A stretch of 60,790 nt of DNA, from the NCBI GenBank assembly GCA_016188075.1, contig JACPIO010000014.1, forward strand, positions 1 through 60,790, read 5' to 3'. Positions 26,560 to 34,598 of this stretch are shown here, piece by piece. This DNA comes from Candidatus Wolfebacteria bacterium (GTDB lineage: Bacteria; Patescibacteriota; Minisyncoccia; UBA6257; UBA9933). The translations under genes and the position numbers were made by a program. The notes beneath the pieces were generated by a model. That model did not search any database. It was given only the letters and a program-made list of their open reading frames with translations, and was not told where the DNA came from. Position 1 is the first letter of the stretch. Every line of letters begins with the position of its first letter.

Positions 26560-28728
26560 ATGTTTCTTAAATCTCTCGAACTCAACGGTTTTAAATCTTT
26601 TGCCTCAAGGACGGTTCTGGAATTTCCGGCCGGTATTACCGCCATTGTCGGTCCGAACGGTTCCGGCAAGTCGAATATCATTGATTGCATCCGTTGGCTT
26701 TTGGGAGAAAGAGAAGCGAAAAATTTGAGAGGCGCGAAAGTCGAAGATTTAATCTGGAACGGCACGCCGAAGAGACCGCGAGTAGGAATGGCGCAGGCGG
26801 GGCTTCATTTTGATAATGGCTCCGGTTTTTTCCCGGTAGATTTTAAAGAAGTGGCGATTGGAAGACGGGTTAGTCGAGACGGCCAGTCCGAATATTTTTT
26901 GAATAAATCCGAGGTTCGACTTAAAGACATTGTTGATTTTTTCAGTCGTTCGCGTCTCGGAACAAAGGGTCTTACCGTTATTGGGCAAGGATCAAGCGAT
27001 CTTTTCGTTCGCGCCACGCCCGAAGAGCGGCGGCTGATGATCGAGGAAATTCTCGGACTTCGCGAATATCAGATAAAAAAAACCGAAGCGGAAAGAAAAT
27101 TAAAAAACACCGGCTTCAACTTGGAAAAGGCGCGGGCGATGATTGAAGAAGTTTTGCCGCGTCTCCGGCTGCTAAAACGCCAGACCAACAAGTGGAGTAA
27201 AAGGGTTGCCCTAAGCGAAGAGCTGCGTCAGATGGAAGACAATTATTTTTCTTTAAAATTGGGAGACATCGATCGATCGGAGACCGAAATTGAGCCGAAG
27301 CTAAAAAGCATCGAGGCTTCGATCCAAGCTTTAAAAGCGGAGGTTCGCGGACTGGAATCGGAAATCCGCGAGATAGAATCCCAGCCTCGCGAGTATGAAG
27401 AAATAAAAAATATCAAGAAAGAACAGGCCGTTCTTTTCGCGGAAAGGAACAGGATCGAAAAGGAATTGGGCCGGGTCGAGGCGAGGCTGGAATTCGCGAA
27501 GCGAGAGGCGTCAGCCGGCAGTCAGTCTTTCGAAGCCGGAGAGCTTTTGGGATTGGTCGGCGAAATCAAAAGAGAACTCGAAGCGGGCATGGAAGAGTCA
27601 AACATTGATAAATTTCGGGGAATGGCGAAAAAAATTATAGTGAGAATTTCGGATTTTTTGAGCGGACGCGACGGCCAAAAAGAAATCGGAAAAGATTTTG
27701 GGGAGATTGAATCTCTGCGGGAAGGGCTGGTTTTAAAAGCTCGAGAGCTGGAGGACAAATTTAAGGAAATGGAGGCGAAAGAAGCTAAAATCACCAAGGG
27801 TTTGGAAGATTTTAACCGGCAGTTTCAGAAAATTTTTGAAGCTATTGACGCGAAACGAAGAAGGCTGGGAGTCTTCGAAGAAGAAAGAAGTAAAATGACT
27901 TCTCTGAGGGAAAGACTGGAATTTAGAAAAGGGGAGTTGAAAAATCAGATGGTTCAGGCCGGAAGGGGCATCGACGAATTTAAGTCGGATCCTTACGCGC
28001 GCCTCGGAGAGGCCGAGTTTTTGAATCTGGAGAAAAAAATGTTCCGATTAAGAGGGGAGCTCGGCGCGATCGGCGAGATAGACGAAACCTTGATCAAAGA
28101 AGCCGAAGAGGTCGAAAATCATTATAATTTTTTGGAGAGTCAATCGAAAGATTTGGATTCCGCCCGGGAAGACCTAAAAAAATTAATCAAGGATTTAAGT
28201 GAAAAAATTCATAACGACTTTAATAAATCGTTGAAGCTGATTAACGAAGAGTTTAATAAGTTTTTCCGCTTGATGTTCGGCGGCGGAAGCGCGAAGTTGA
28301 GAATCATGAAGCGTGAAGCGCGAAGCATGAAACAGGTTCACGAGGAGGGATCTGAAACGGAAGGAGGAAGGGATGTCTTAGAAACGGACGATTTGTCGGG
28401 TATTGAGATTGATTTGAGTTTGCCGAAAAAAAGAATCACCGGACTCGAAATGCTTTCCGGCGGCGAGAAAAGTCTGGTTTCGATCGCCGCTCTTTTTTCT
28501 TTAATTTCGGTAAGTCCGCCGCCATTTTTGGTTTTGGATGAAATTGACGCGGCGCTTGACGAAAGCAACTCGCGGCGCTTTGCCAATTTGGTTAAAGAAT
28601 TTTCCAAGAAAACTCAATTTATTATTGCCACTCACAATCGCGCCACGATGGAAGGGGCGGACGTTTTATATGGGGTGACGATGGGAGAGGATGGAGCATC
28701 AAAGGTGCTGTCTTTAAAGCTTGAATAA
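26560..28728 (+). CDS. smc: SMC-family chromosome segregation ATPase (short, no evident hinge)
   Basis: GFKSF, GPNGSGKSN, LSGGEK and LDEIDAALD; 722 aa. Confidence 0.9.
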   Translation: MFLKSLELNGFKSFASRTVLEFPAGITAIVGPNGSGKSNIIDCIRWLLGEREAKNLRGAKVEDLIWNGTPKRPRVGMAQAGLHFDNGSGFFPVDFKEVAIGRRVSRDGQSEYFLNKSEVRLKDIVDFFSRSRLGTKGLTVIGQGSSDLFVRATPEERRLMIEEILGLREYQIKKTEAERKLKNTGFNLEKARAMIEEVLPRLRLLKRQTNKWSKRVALSEELRQMEDNYFSLKLGDIDRSETEIEPKLKSIEASIQALKAEVRGLESEIREIESQPREYEEIKNIKKEQAVLFAERNRIEKELGRVEARLEFAKREASAGSQSFEAGELLGLVGEIKRELEAGMEESNIDKFRGMAKKIIVRISDFLSGRDGQKEIGKDFGEIESLREGLVLKARELEDKFKEMEAKEAKITKGLEDFNRQFQKIFEAIDAKRRRLGVFEEERSKMTSLRERLEFRKGELKNQMVQAGRGIDEFKSDPYARLGEAEFLNLEKKMFRLRGELGAIGEIDETLIKEAEEVENHYNFLESQSKDLDSAREDLKKLIKDLSEKIHNDFNKSLKLINEEFNKFFRLMFGGGSAKLRIMKREARSMKQVHEEGSETEGGRDVLETDDLSGIEIDLSLPKKRITGLEMLSGGEKSLVSIAALFSLISVSPPPFLVLDEIDAALDESNSRRFANLVKEFSKKTQFIIATHNRATMEGADVLYGVTMGEDGASKVLSLKLE

Positions 28729-28810
28729 GGAATTACGAATAATGAATTACGGAGTTGACTTTTGAAATATAAGCTTTTATTCTTGATTCATTATTCTTAA
28801 TTCATAATTC

Positions 28811-29089
28811 ATGCTCGCCATTAAACTAATGCGTATCGGAAAAAAGCATCAGCCCTCGTACCGGGTTATTATTAAAGAAAAGCGTTCCAAGCTGGGAGGT
28901 CGGTATGTTGACGACGCGGGATGGTTGAATCCCCGCGATAAGTCATTTAAACTTAACAAAGAAAGAATTCTTTACTGGCTCCAAAACGGAGCCCAACCGA
29001 CTGACTCGGTTCGTAATTTATTGGTTAGGGCCGGAGTTGTATCTGGTCCGAAAATAGCGGTGCATAAAAAAAAGAAAGAAAAAGGCTGA
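28811..29089 (+). CDS. rpsP: 30S ribosomal protein S16
   Basis: IKLMRIGKKHQPSYR and WLQNGAQPTD. Confidence 0.96.
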   Translation: MLAIKLMRIGKKHQPSYRVIIKEKRSKLGGRYVDDAGWLNPRDKSFKLNKERILYWLQNGAQPTDSVRNLLVRAGVVSGPKIAVHKKKKEKG

Positions 29090-29171
29090 TTTGTTAAAGG
29101 TCGAAAGTCAAAAATGAAATGAATGCGTGGAAAGTTCAAGTTAAATCCGCGTAAATCAGAATTATACTAAA

Positions 29172-29483
29172 ATGGATATGGAAGCGGATAAGAAATTCCT
29201 GGAATTTCTTGTTAAGTCGATTGTGGACCATCCGGATGACGTGGAGGTTAATCGGAAAGTTGACGAGATGGGAGTTTTATTGACTCTCAAAGTCCACCCC
29301 ATGGATATGGGACAGGTGGTGGGAAAGGGCGGTTCTACGGCTCAAGCCATCCGCGCCCTTCTTCGGATCGTCGGCATTAAAAATAATGCCCGCGTGAATC
29401 TGAAAATTTTGGAGCCGGAAGGCGGGCACGGCGGAAGAGGCGGGAGTAGAGTGGACGAAGCGGCGCGAGAAATGAATTTGTAG
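29172..29483 (+). CDS. khpA: KH-domain RNA-binding protein KhpA
   Basis: VDHPDDV and DMGQVVGKGG; located after rpsP. Confidence 0.9.
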   Translation: MDMEADKKFLEFLVKSIVDHPDDVEVNRKVDEMGVLLTLKVHPMDMGQVVGKGGSTAQAIRALLRIVGIKNNARVNLKILEPEGGHGGRGGSRVDEAAREMNL

Positions 29484-29484
29484 G

Positions 29485-29563
29485 TGCGAATTTTTTCTGC
29501 GAGCAACGCGAGTAACTGTCTGCCATGGGCAGATCCGCCTCAGGCGGAAAAAATTCAGCATCC
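29485..29563 (-). repeat. 79-nt multi-hairpin dispersed element, copy 2
   Basis: Inverted copy of 24991-25069; followed by two further palindromes (29564-29596, 29606-29647). Confidence 0.92.
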
Positions 29564-29788
29564 CGCCCCCACGCTTACGCGTAAGTGTGGGGGCGTGTTT
29601 TAGATTTACTAAAGTAATCGCGACGGCCGTCGCCATAACTTTAGTAAATTGAGAAACTGCTAAATTGTTGAAAAATTTTCAAATTTCAAATCAAGGTTAT
29701 TTCTAAGGACATCGCAAGTCCTTAGTTAGATTGAATAGTGGTTAATTTTCTGGTTAGATTATAGCGACATCGGGACCGCCATAGTTAT

Positions 29789-30478
29789 ATGAAATTTGAT
29801 ATCATTACAATTTTTCCCCATATTTTCGATTCTTATTTCAATGAATCCATTATTAAACGCGCCCGCGAGAAAAAATTGATTCAGGTAAAAATTTGGAATC
29901 TCCGCGATTTCGCGGTTGGCAAACACAAGTCGGTTGATGATTCTCCTTTTGGCGGCGGTCCGGGGATGGCATTAAAGATTGAACCGATAATTAAAGCGGT
30001 TCAATCTTTAAATTCAAAAATCATTTTTGCGAAGCAAATCCCCGGAGGGTCAAATAAAAAATCAAAAATCATTCTTTTTTCCGCGCGCGGCCAGCAATTT
30101 GATAATAAAATGGCGAGCAGACTCGCAAAAAATTATGAGCGACTGATTTTAATCTGCGGCCGCTATGAGGGGGTGGACGAACGAGTGAAGAAAGCGATAG
30201 GCGATTTAGGATTAGAAATTCAGGAGTTATCCATTGGGCCGTATATTTTGACAGGCGGAGAGGTACCGGCAATGGTTGTCGTAGATGCTGTTTCAAGGCA
30301 TTTGCCCGGAGTTTTGGGTCGGCGGGAGTCGCTCGAGGAAATTAAAGGTTCTTATCCGGTTTATACGCGGCCAGAGGTTTTTGAATTCCGGGGTCGGAAA
30401 TACCCGGTGCCTAAGATGCTGGTTAGGGGAGATCACGAGAAAATTGAGCGTTGGCGGAGGAGTCGGGGCCGGTCGTGA
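29789..30478 (+). CDS. trmD: tRNA (guanine-N1)-methyltransferase
   Basis: VDDSPFGGGPGM, CGRYEGVDER and SIGPYILTGGE. Confidence 0.97.
   Translation: MKFDIITIFPHIFDSYFNESIIKRAREKKLIQVKIWNLRDFAVGKHKSVDDSPFGGGPGMALKIEPIIKAVQSLNSKIIFAKQIPGGSNKKSKIILFSARGQQFDNKMASRLAKNYERLILICGRYEGVDERVKKAIGDLGLEIQELSIGPYILTGGEVPAMVVVDAVSRHLPGVLGRRESLEEIKGSYPVYTRPEVFEFRGRKYPVPKMLVRGDHEKIERWRRSRGRS
30023..30052 (+). repeat. 30-nt element inside trmD, identical to the gyrB copy
   Basis: Exact match to 7453-7482, read in a different frame. Confidence 0.9.
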
Positions 30479-30545
30479 TTGACACCAATCAAAGTCTTTT
30501 GGTATATTTAAGCAATGCCCAAGGGGCTATTTATAGTGCTTTATT

Positions 30546-31304
30546 ATGGAAGAACAGGTTTTAGACCAAGAAAAAATTGAAAAAGAAGATGATTTATTGC
30601 CCCCGAATGTTTCGAAAGAAGATTTGGCGATTTTGGAGGAGATGATGCGAGCCGGAATGATGTACGGCCACAAAAAATCGAAGACCAATCCCAAATTCCG
30701 TCCGTATATCTATACCACTCGCAACGGCCTGGAAATTATCGATTTAGCGCAGACGATTCCGGCGTTGGAGAGCGCGGCAGAGTTTTTGAAAGGAAAAATA
30801 AAAGAAGGGGCTGTTGTTTTGGTCGCGGCTACCCAGCCAGCCGCGAGGGATGCCGTGGAGGCATTGGCCAAAAAATTCAACTTTTCTTTCATCAACGAAC
30901 GCTGGATCGGCGGTCTTTTGACGAATTTCAAAGTTATCTCCAGCCGGATTGAATACTTCAAAAAAATTAAGGCTGATTTTGACGCCGGCCGATTCGAGAA
31001 ATACACTAAAAAAGAACGAGTGATGATCAATCGCGATATCGACCGGATGAAAAAAATGTTCACCGGTTTGGAGAATTTGCTGAAAGTGCCGGATGTTCTT
31101 GTGATCATCGATCCCATCTTGAAAGGGCACGTGACAGCCCTAAGGGAAGCGAAGCGATTAAAAATTAAAACCATCGCGATTGTAGACAGCGATGACGATC
31201 CCGAAGCGGTGGATTTCCCGATTCCGGCCAATGACCATTCGAAAGCCAGCATTGATTGGATTATTGAAAAAATTTCAGCGTATTTGGAGAAAATCAACGA
31301 ATAA
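30546..31304 (+). CDS. rpsB: 30S ribosomal protein S2
   Basis: AGMMYGH, RWIGGLLTNF and PIPAND. Confidence 0.97.
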   Translation: MEEQVLDQEKIEKEDDLLPPNVSKEDLAILEEMMRAGMMYGHKKSKTNPKFRPYIYTTRNGLEIIDLAQTIPALESAAEFLKGKIKEGAVVLVAATQPAARDAVEALAKKFNFSFINERWIGGLLTNFKVISSRIEYFKKIKADFDAGRFEKYTKKERVMINRDIDRMKKMFTGLENLLKVPDVLVIIDPILKGHVTALREAKRLKIKTIAIVDSDDDPEAVDFPIPANDHSKASIDWIIEKISAYLEKINE

Positions 31305-31402
31305 CGAATCTGTTTCGAATAATCGAATAATCGAATATACGAATCCGTAATTCGTTTATTCGTAAATTCGTAATAAATTCGCTATTCGATGATACTCATC
31401 AA

Positions 31403-31846
31403 ATGACCAATGACGACATTAAGAAATTAAGGGAGCTGACTGGCGCCGGCGTCGTGGAGTGCCGGAACGCCCTCAAAGACGCGGGGGGCGACCTCGAAAG
31501 AGCCCGCCAGATTATCCACGAGAGAGGGCAGGTGAGGGCGGAGAAAAGAAAAGACAGGTTAACCGGCGCCGGTATTTTGGAATCTTACATTCATAACGAA
31601 AGAGTGGGTGTGCTTTTAGAACTTCGATGCGAGACGGATTTCGTGGCTCGTTCCGAAGATTTTCGCGAACTCGCTCATAATTTGGCAATGCAGATTGCCG
31701 CGATGAATCCGGCTGATATTGATGAATTGATAAAGCAGGTGTATATTAAGGAGGAAACGCTCGCTGTGGACGGGCTTATTGGGCGAGTAATGGCCAAGAC
31801 TGGAGAAAATATAAGGGTCGAAAGATTTACGAGGTACGAAATTTAA
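31403..31846 (+). CDS. tsf: Elongation factor Ts (short form)
   Basis: IKKLRELTGAG and ELRCETDFVA. Confidence 0.96.
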   Translation: MTNDDIKKLRELTGAGVVECRNALKDAGGDLERARQIIHERGQVRAEKRKDRLTGAGILESYIHNERVGVLLELRCETDFVARSEDFRELAHNLAMQIAAMNPADIDELIKQVYIKEETLAVDGLIGRVMAKTGENIRVERFTRYEI

Positions 31847-31964
31847 AGGGCTTTCTCTGAAATTTCGAGCCGCAAGGCGAAGAAATTTCAGATAGAAAAC
31901 CTTTACCCTGAGCCTGTCGAAGGGTTACTATACTATAATGTAATTCTTCGACTTCGCTCAGAAT
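31846..31964. repeat. Cluster of hairpin elements after tsf
   Basis: Nested stem with a GCAA loop (31846-31904), ACCCTGAGCCTGTCGAAGGGT and ATTCTTCGACTTCGCTCAGAAT. Confidence 0.6.
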
Positions 31965-32023
31965 GCTCAATGTTGTAGCTAAATTTATTTCGCTCGACAT
32001 TGAGTCTCACTCATAAATTTGGC

Positions 32024-32383
32024 ATGTACAACTTCATTCTTCAATTTTCGTTAATGGTCAGTTTGGGCGTGATGATTTATTTGATGGCGCGAGCCCTGCC
32101 GCGAGTAGGAGATGAAATCGTCCAATCCGAACAAAGCAAGATTGATCAGTGGTTTTCCGCGCTTCCCTTGGACAAAATTGATTCCGCTTTTGGCAATTTT
32201 GCCGAAAAGTTTTTGCGGCGGTTCAGGCTGATTTTGATGAAGTTGGATAATCTGGTGGGCGGCTATCTTCATAGAGTGAAAAAATTTAACGGCAACGGCG
32301 GAGGAAACGGTCCCCAAAAACCAAGTCTTTTTACTAATGGTTCCGCCGGCGGAGAAGAGAAAAGGGAAGAGGATGCTATTTAA
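32024..32383 (+). CDS. Hypothetical membrane-anchored protein
   Basis: N-terminal TM segment followed by ARALPRV. Confidence 0.7.
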   Translation: MYNFILQFSLMVSLGVMIYLMARALPRVGDEIVQSEQSKIDQWFSALPLDKIDSAFGNFAEKFLRRFRLILMKLDNLVGGYLHRVKKFNGNGGGNGPQKPSLFTNGSAGGEEKREEDAI

Positions 32384-32385
32384 GA

Positions 32386-32469
32386 GGGCAGGTGGCAGAG
32401 CGGTCAATTGCACGAGACTGTAAATCTCGCGCCTTCACGGCTACGGGGGTTCGAATCCCTCCCTGCCCA
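32386..32469 (+). tRNA. tRNA-Tyr(GTA)
   Basis: Acceptor GGGCAGG/CCTGCCC, loop CTGTAAA, long variable arm, GTTCGAATC. Confidence 0.95.
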
Positions 32470-32518
32470 CTACATATGCCGGAATAGCTCAACGGCAGAC
32501 TTGCCCGCCATCGCCTAA

Positions 32519-32702
32519 GCCCGCGTAGCTCAACTGGCAGAGCAATGCTTTTGCCCGCCTGCCATCGCAATTTGCCAGCGTAGCTCAGTGGTAGAGCAAT
32601 CCCTTTGTAAGGGAAAGGTCGTGGGTTCAAATCCCTCCGCTGGCTCAGGCAAATGGCGGGCAGGTAAAGCAGAGGTTGTCGGTTCGACTCCGACCGTGGG
32701 CT
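32519..32702 (+). tRNA. Interrupted tRNA-Thr(TGT): halves 32519-32553 and 32665-32702 separated by a 111-nt insert in the anticodon
   Basis: Joined halves give a 73-nt cloverleaf: GCCCGCG/CGTGGGC, loop TTTGTAA, GTCGG-TTCGACT-CCGAC. Confidence 0.85.
32574..32645 (+). tRNA. tRNA-Thr(TGT), intact, nested inside the insert
   Basis: GCCAGCG/CGCTGGC, loop TTTGTAA, GTTCAAATC. Confidence 0.93.
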
Positions 32703-32757
32703 CAGGCTTTGGCAGGCGGGGCAGCGCTTTTTTAAAAAGTTAGGGTAAATTGAGGCT

Positions 32758-32829
32758 GCCGATGTAGCTCAGTGGCAGAGCACGTTCTTGGTAAGAACGG
32801 GGTCGGGAGTTCAATCCTCCCCATCGGCT
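32758..32829 (+). tRNA. tRNA-Thr(GGT)
   Basis: GCCGATG/CATCGGC; CGTTC-TTGGTAA-GAACG. Confidence 0.95.
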
Positions 32830-32890
32830 CAAATAAGATAGGATGCATCAGAATATTGATAATTGGTACTATTGATGATATGCTGTATAA

Positions 32891-33574
32891 ATGAAATCAA
32901 AGTGGTTCCGATATAAAGACGAGGCGATTCGTTTAAGAAAAAAAGGATTTTCGATTGGTAACGTTGAAAAGTGCTTAGGGATTCCTCGTTCTACCCTGAG
33001 CGGCTGGTTTAAGGACGTAAAGCTTTCGGAAAAGCAGAAACATAAACTATGGCTTAATTGGAAAAATGGTTTAACTAAGGCACGAAAAAAGGCAGTTCTT
33101 TGGCATAATCAACAAAAGCAAAATAGGTTGAATGAGGCAAGGGAAGCATCGTTAGGGGTACTGCGGAGAATAAATCTTAAAGATAAAGATATTTTAGATT
33201 TGGCCTTGGCTATGTTATATTTGGGGGAAGGAGCGAAGAAAAACGCAGAAACAGCTATGGGCAGCTCGGATCCATTGATACTGAGATTTTTTATTGCCGC
33301 TTTACGAAAAATTTATAATTTTGATATCTCAAAGATGCGTTGCGAACTCTATTTAAGAGCAGATCAAAACCCAGACGTAATTAAAAGATTTTGGTCCAGC
33401 GAGTTAAATTTGCCGATAAGAAATTTTAAACAAGTTAGTATTGACAAGAGGACGATTGGGATAAAAACTTACCCTGGATATAAAGGGGTGTGCAACATAC
33501 GCTGTAGCAATGTTGCAATTAAAAGAAAGTTATTATATCTAAGCGAGCTGTTTATTAAAAAATTTATATCTTAA
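32891..33574 (+). CDS. HTH plus LAGLIDADG-like protein between tRNA genes
   Basis: N-terminal HTH (LGIPRSTLSGW) and ALAMLYLGEG motif; AT-rich. Confidence 0.65.
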   Translation: MKSKWFRYKDEAIRLRKKGFSIGNVEKCLGIPRSTLSGWFKDVKLSEKQKHKLWLNWKNGLTKARKKAVLWHNQQKQNRLNEAREASLGVLRRINLKDKDILDLALAMLYLGEGAKKNAETAMGSSDPLILRFFIAALRKIYNFDISKMRCELYLRADQNPDVIKRFWSSELNLPIRNFKQVSIDKRTIGIKTYPGYKGVCNIRCSNVAIKRKLLYLSELFIKKFIS

Positions 33575-33576
33575 CG

Positions 33577-33651
33577 GGGTGATTAGCTCAGTGGCAGAGC
33601 GCTTCCTCGACACGGAAGAGGTCACTGGTTCAAATCCAGTATCACCCACCA
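33577..33651 (+). tRNA. tRNA-Val(GAC)
   Basis: GGGTGAT/ATCACCC; CTTCC-TCGACAC-GGAAG; encoded CCA. Confidence 0.93.
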
Positions 33652-33697
33652 GATAGGAAATTGCAAATTAGGATATTTTTTATTAGTATTTAATTTT

Positions 33698-33865
33698 ATG
33701 CCCAAATCTAAACTTTCCGAAAATTTAATAAGACTGCGTTGCTCCGTTTGTAAACGTTATAATTATTACACGCGCAAGAAAAAAACCTTGGAGCGGAAGC
33801 TTGAATTTAAAAAATATTGCCGCTGGTGCCGCAAACATACGATTCATAAAGAAGCAAAGAAATAA
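33698..33865 (+). CDS. rpmG: 50S ribosomal protein L33 (not in the ORF track)
   Basis: LRCSVCKRYNYYTRK...LEFKKYCRWCRKHTIHKE. Confidence 0.95.
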   Translation: MPKSKLSENLIRLRCSVCKRYNYYTRKKKTLERKLEFKKYCRWCRKHTIHKEAKK

Positions 33866-33877
33866 ATTTTTAGAATG

Positions 33878-33948
33878 GGGTCCATAGTTCAATGGCAGAA
33901 CGACGGTCTCCAAAACCGTTAATGGGGGTTCGACTCCCTCTGGACCCG
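33878..33948 (+). tRNA. tRNA-Trp(CCA)
   Basis: GGGTCCA/TGGACCC; ACGGT-CTCCAAA-ACCGT. Confidence 0.95.
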
Positions 33949-33950
33949 CA

Positions 33951-34340
33951 ATGGACTATCGCGGCGTCATAATTGAAGAAAGTTTGGAGAATGCCGAAGC
34001 GCTAAAAAAAGTGAAACTCCTCTGGACTAACGTCGAAGGCGTCACGGATTCTCATGATACTCCTTGGCTTAAAAAATGGACGCTCCATCATGTTTTAGTT
34101 CCGGAAGAAGAAGCGGAAGCAGCGGCAAAAATTTTAAGCGAGTCGCTGGATAAAGAGCGGCCGTGGTACGCGGATTTTAAAAATGAATCCACGCATTTCG
34201 TAGTTTTTCGGGACAAGGTTTTTAAAATCAATCGCGAAAGCAAGGAAGAATATAAAGAAGCGGTGAGATATGGATTGTCTCTGGGTATTCCAGCGCATCA
34301 GCTGGATTTTTCCCCTGATATTCGGGATTGGAAAAGATAG
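33951..34340 (+). CDS. Hypothetical protein
   Basis: GVIIEESL, WTLH, WYADF and GIP..QLDF. Confidence 0.75.
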   Translation: MDYRGVIIEESLENAEALKKVKLLWTNVEGVTDSHDTPWLKKWTLHHVLVPEEEAEAAAKILSESLDKERPWYADFKNESTHFVVFRDKVFKINRESKEEYKEAVRYGLSLGIPAHQLDFSPDIRDWKR

Positions 34341-34355
34341 CATAGACTCTAACAG

Positions 34356-34403
34356 AAATTTGGTACCTCTTATAAGATTAATCTTATAAGAGGTAAACAT
34401 TTT
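34356..34403. repeat. AGATTAATCT-centred palindromic repeat, copy 4
   Basis: Perfect 32-nt palindrome TACCTCTTATAAGATTAATCTTATAAGAGGTA at 34364-34395. Confidence 0.85.
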
Positions 34404-34598
34404 ATTTAAGAATAAATTAGCCCCGGCGCTGGATTGGACAGACGCCGGGGCTGGTTTTCGGGTCCGCGGTGCTCGGTGGGATCCCTTGCTGGCTAGCTTT
34501 TGCCAGCAAGGGCAGTGACCCCGACTTTTCGATTGGACGAGCCACCAAGATAGCCGAGGCCTATTCGTCATAGGCGTCTCCTTTCTCTGGCTCCGGCA

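Larger units (their letters stand above)
32478..32735 (+). pseudogene. Outer tRNA remnant: 5' half interrupted in the D-arm by a 221-nt insert (32500-32720); 3' half absent
   Basis: GCCGGAA-TA-GCTCAACGGCAGA|GC-A-GCGCT rejoins across the insert; no T-arm or acceptor 3' strand follows. Confidence 0.7.

Noticed and set aside
24993..29636. ORF-track entries 24993-25220 and 29277-29636 sharing MLNFFRLRRICPWQT
   Set aside because: They are translations of the 79-nt repeat and overlap rpmF or khpA.
32554..32664. Anticodon insert as a group I or bulge-helix-bulge intron
   Set aside because: A U|...G boundary can be drawn, but the 111 nt are almost entirely a tRNA plus arms, leaving no ribozyme core. 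The site is not the canonical 37/38 position and no BHB motif is evident.
34134..34571. 145-aa minus-strand ORF
   Set aside because: It has an SD but runs through a terminator hairpin and a palindrome into the antisense of the 33951 gene, so the full length is unlikely to be real.
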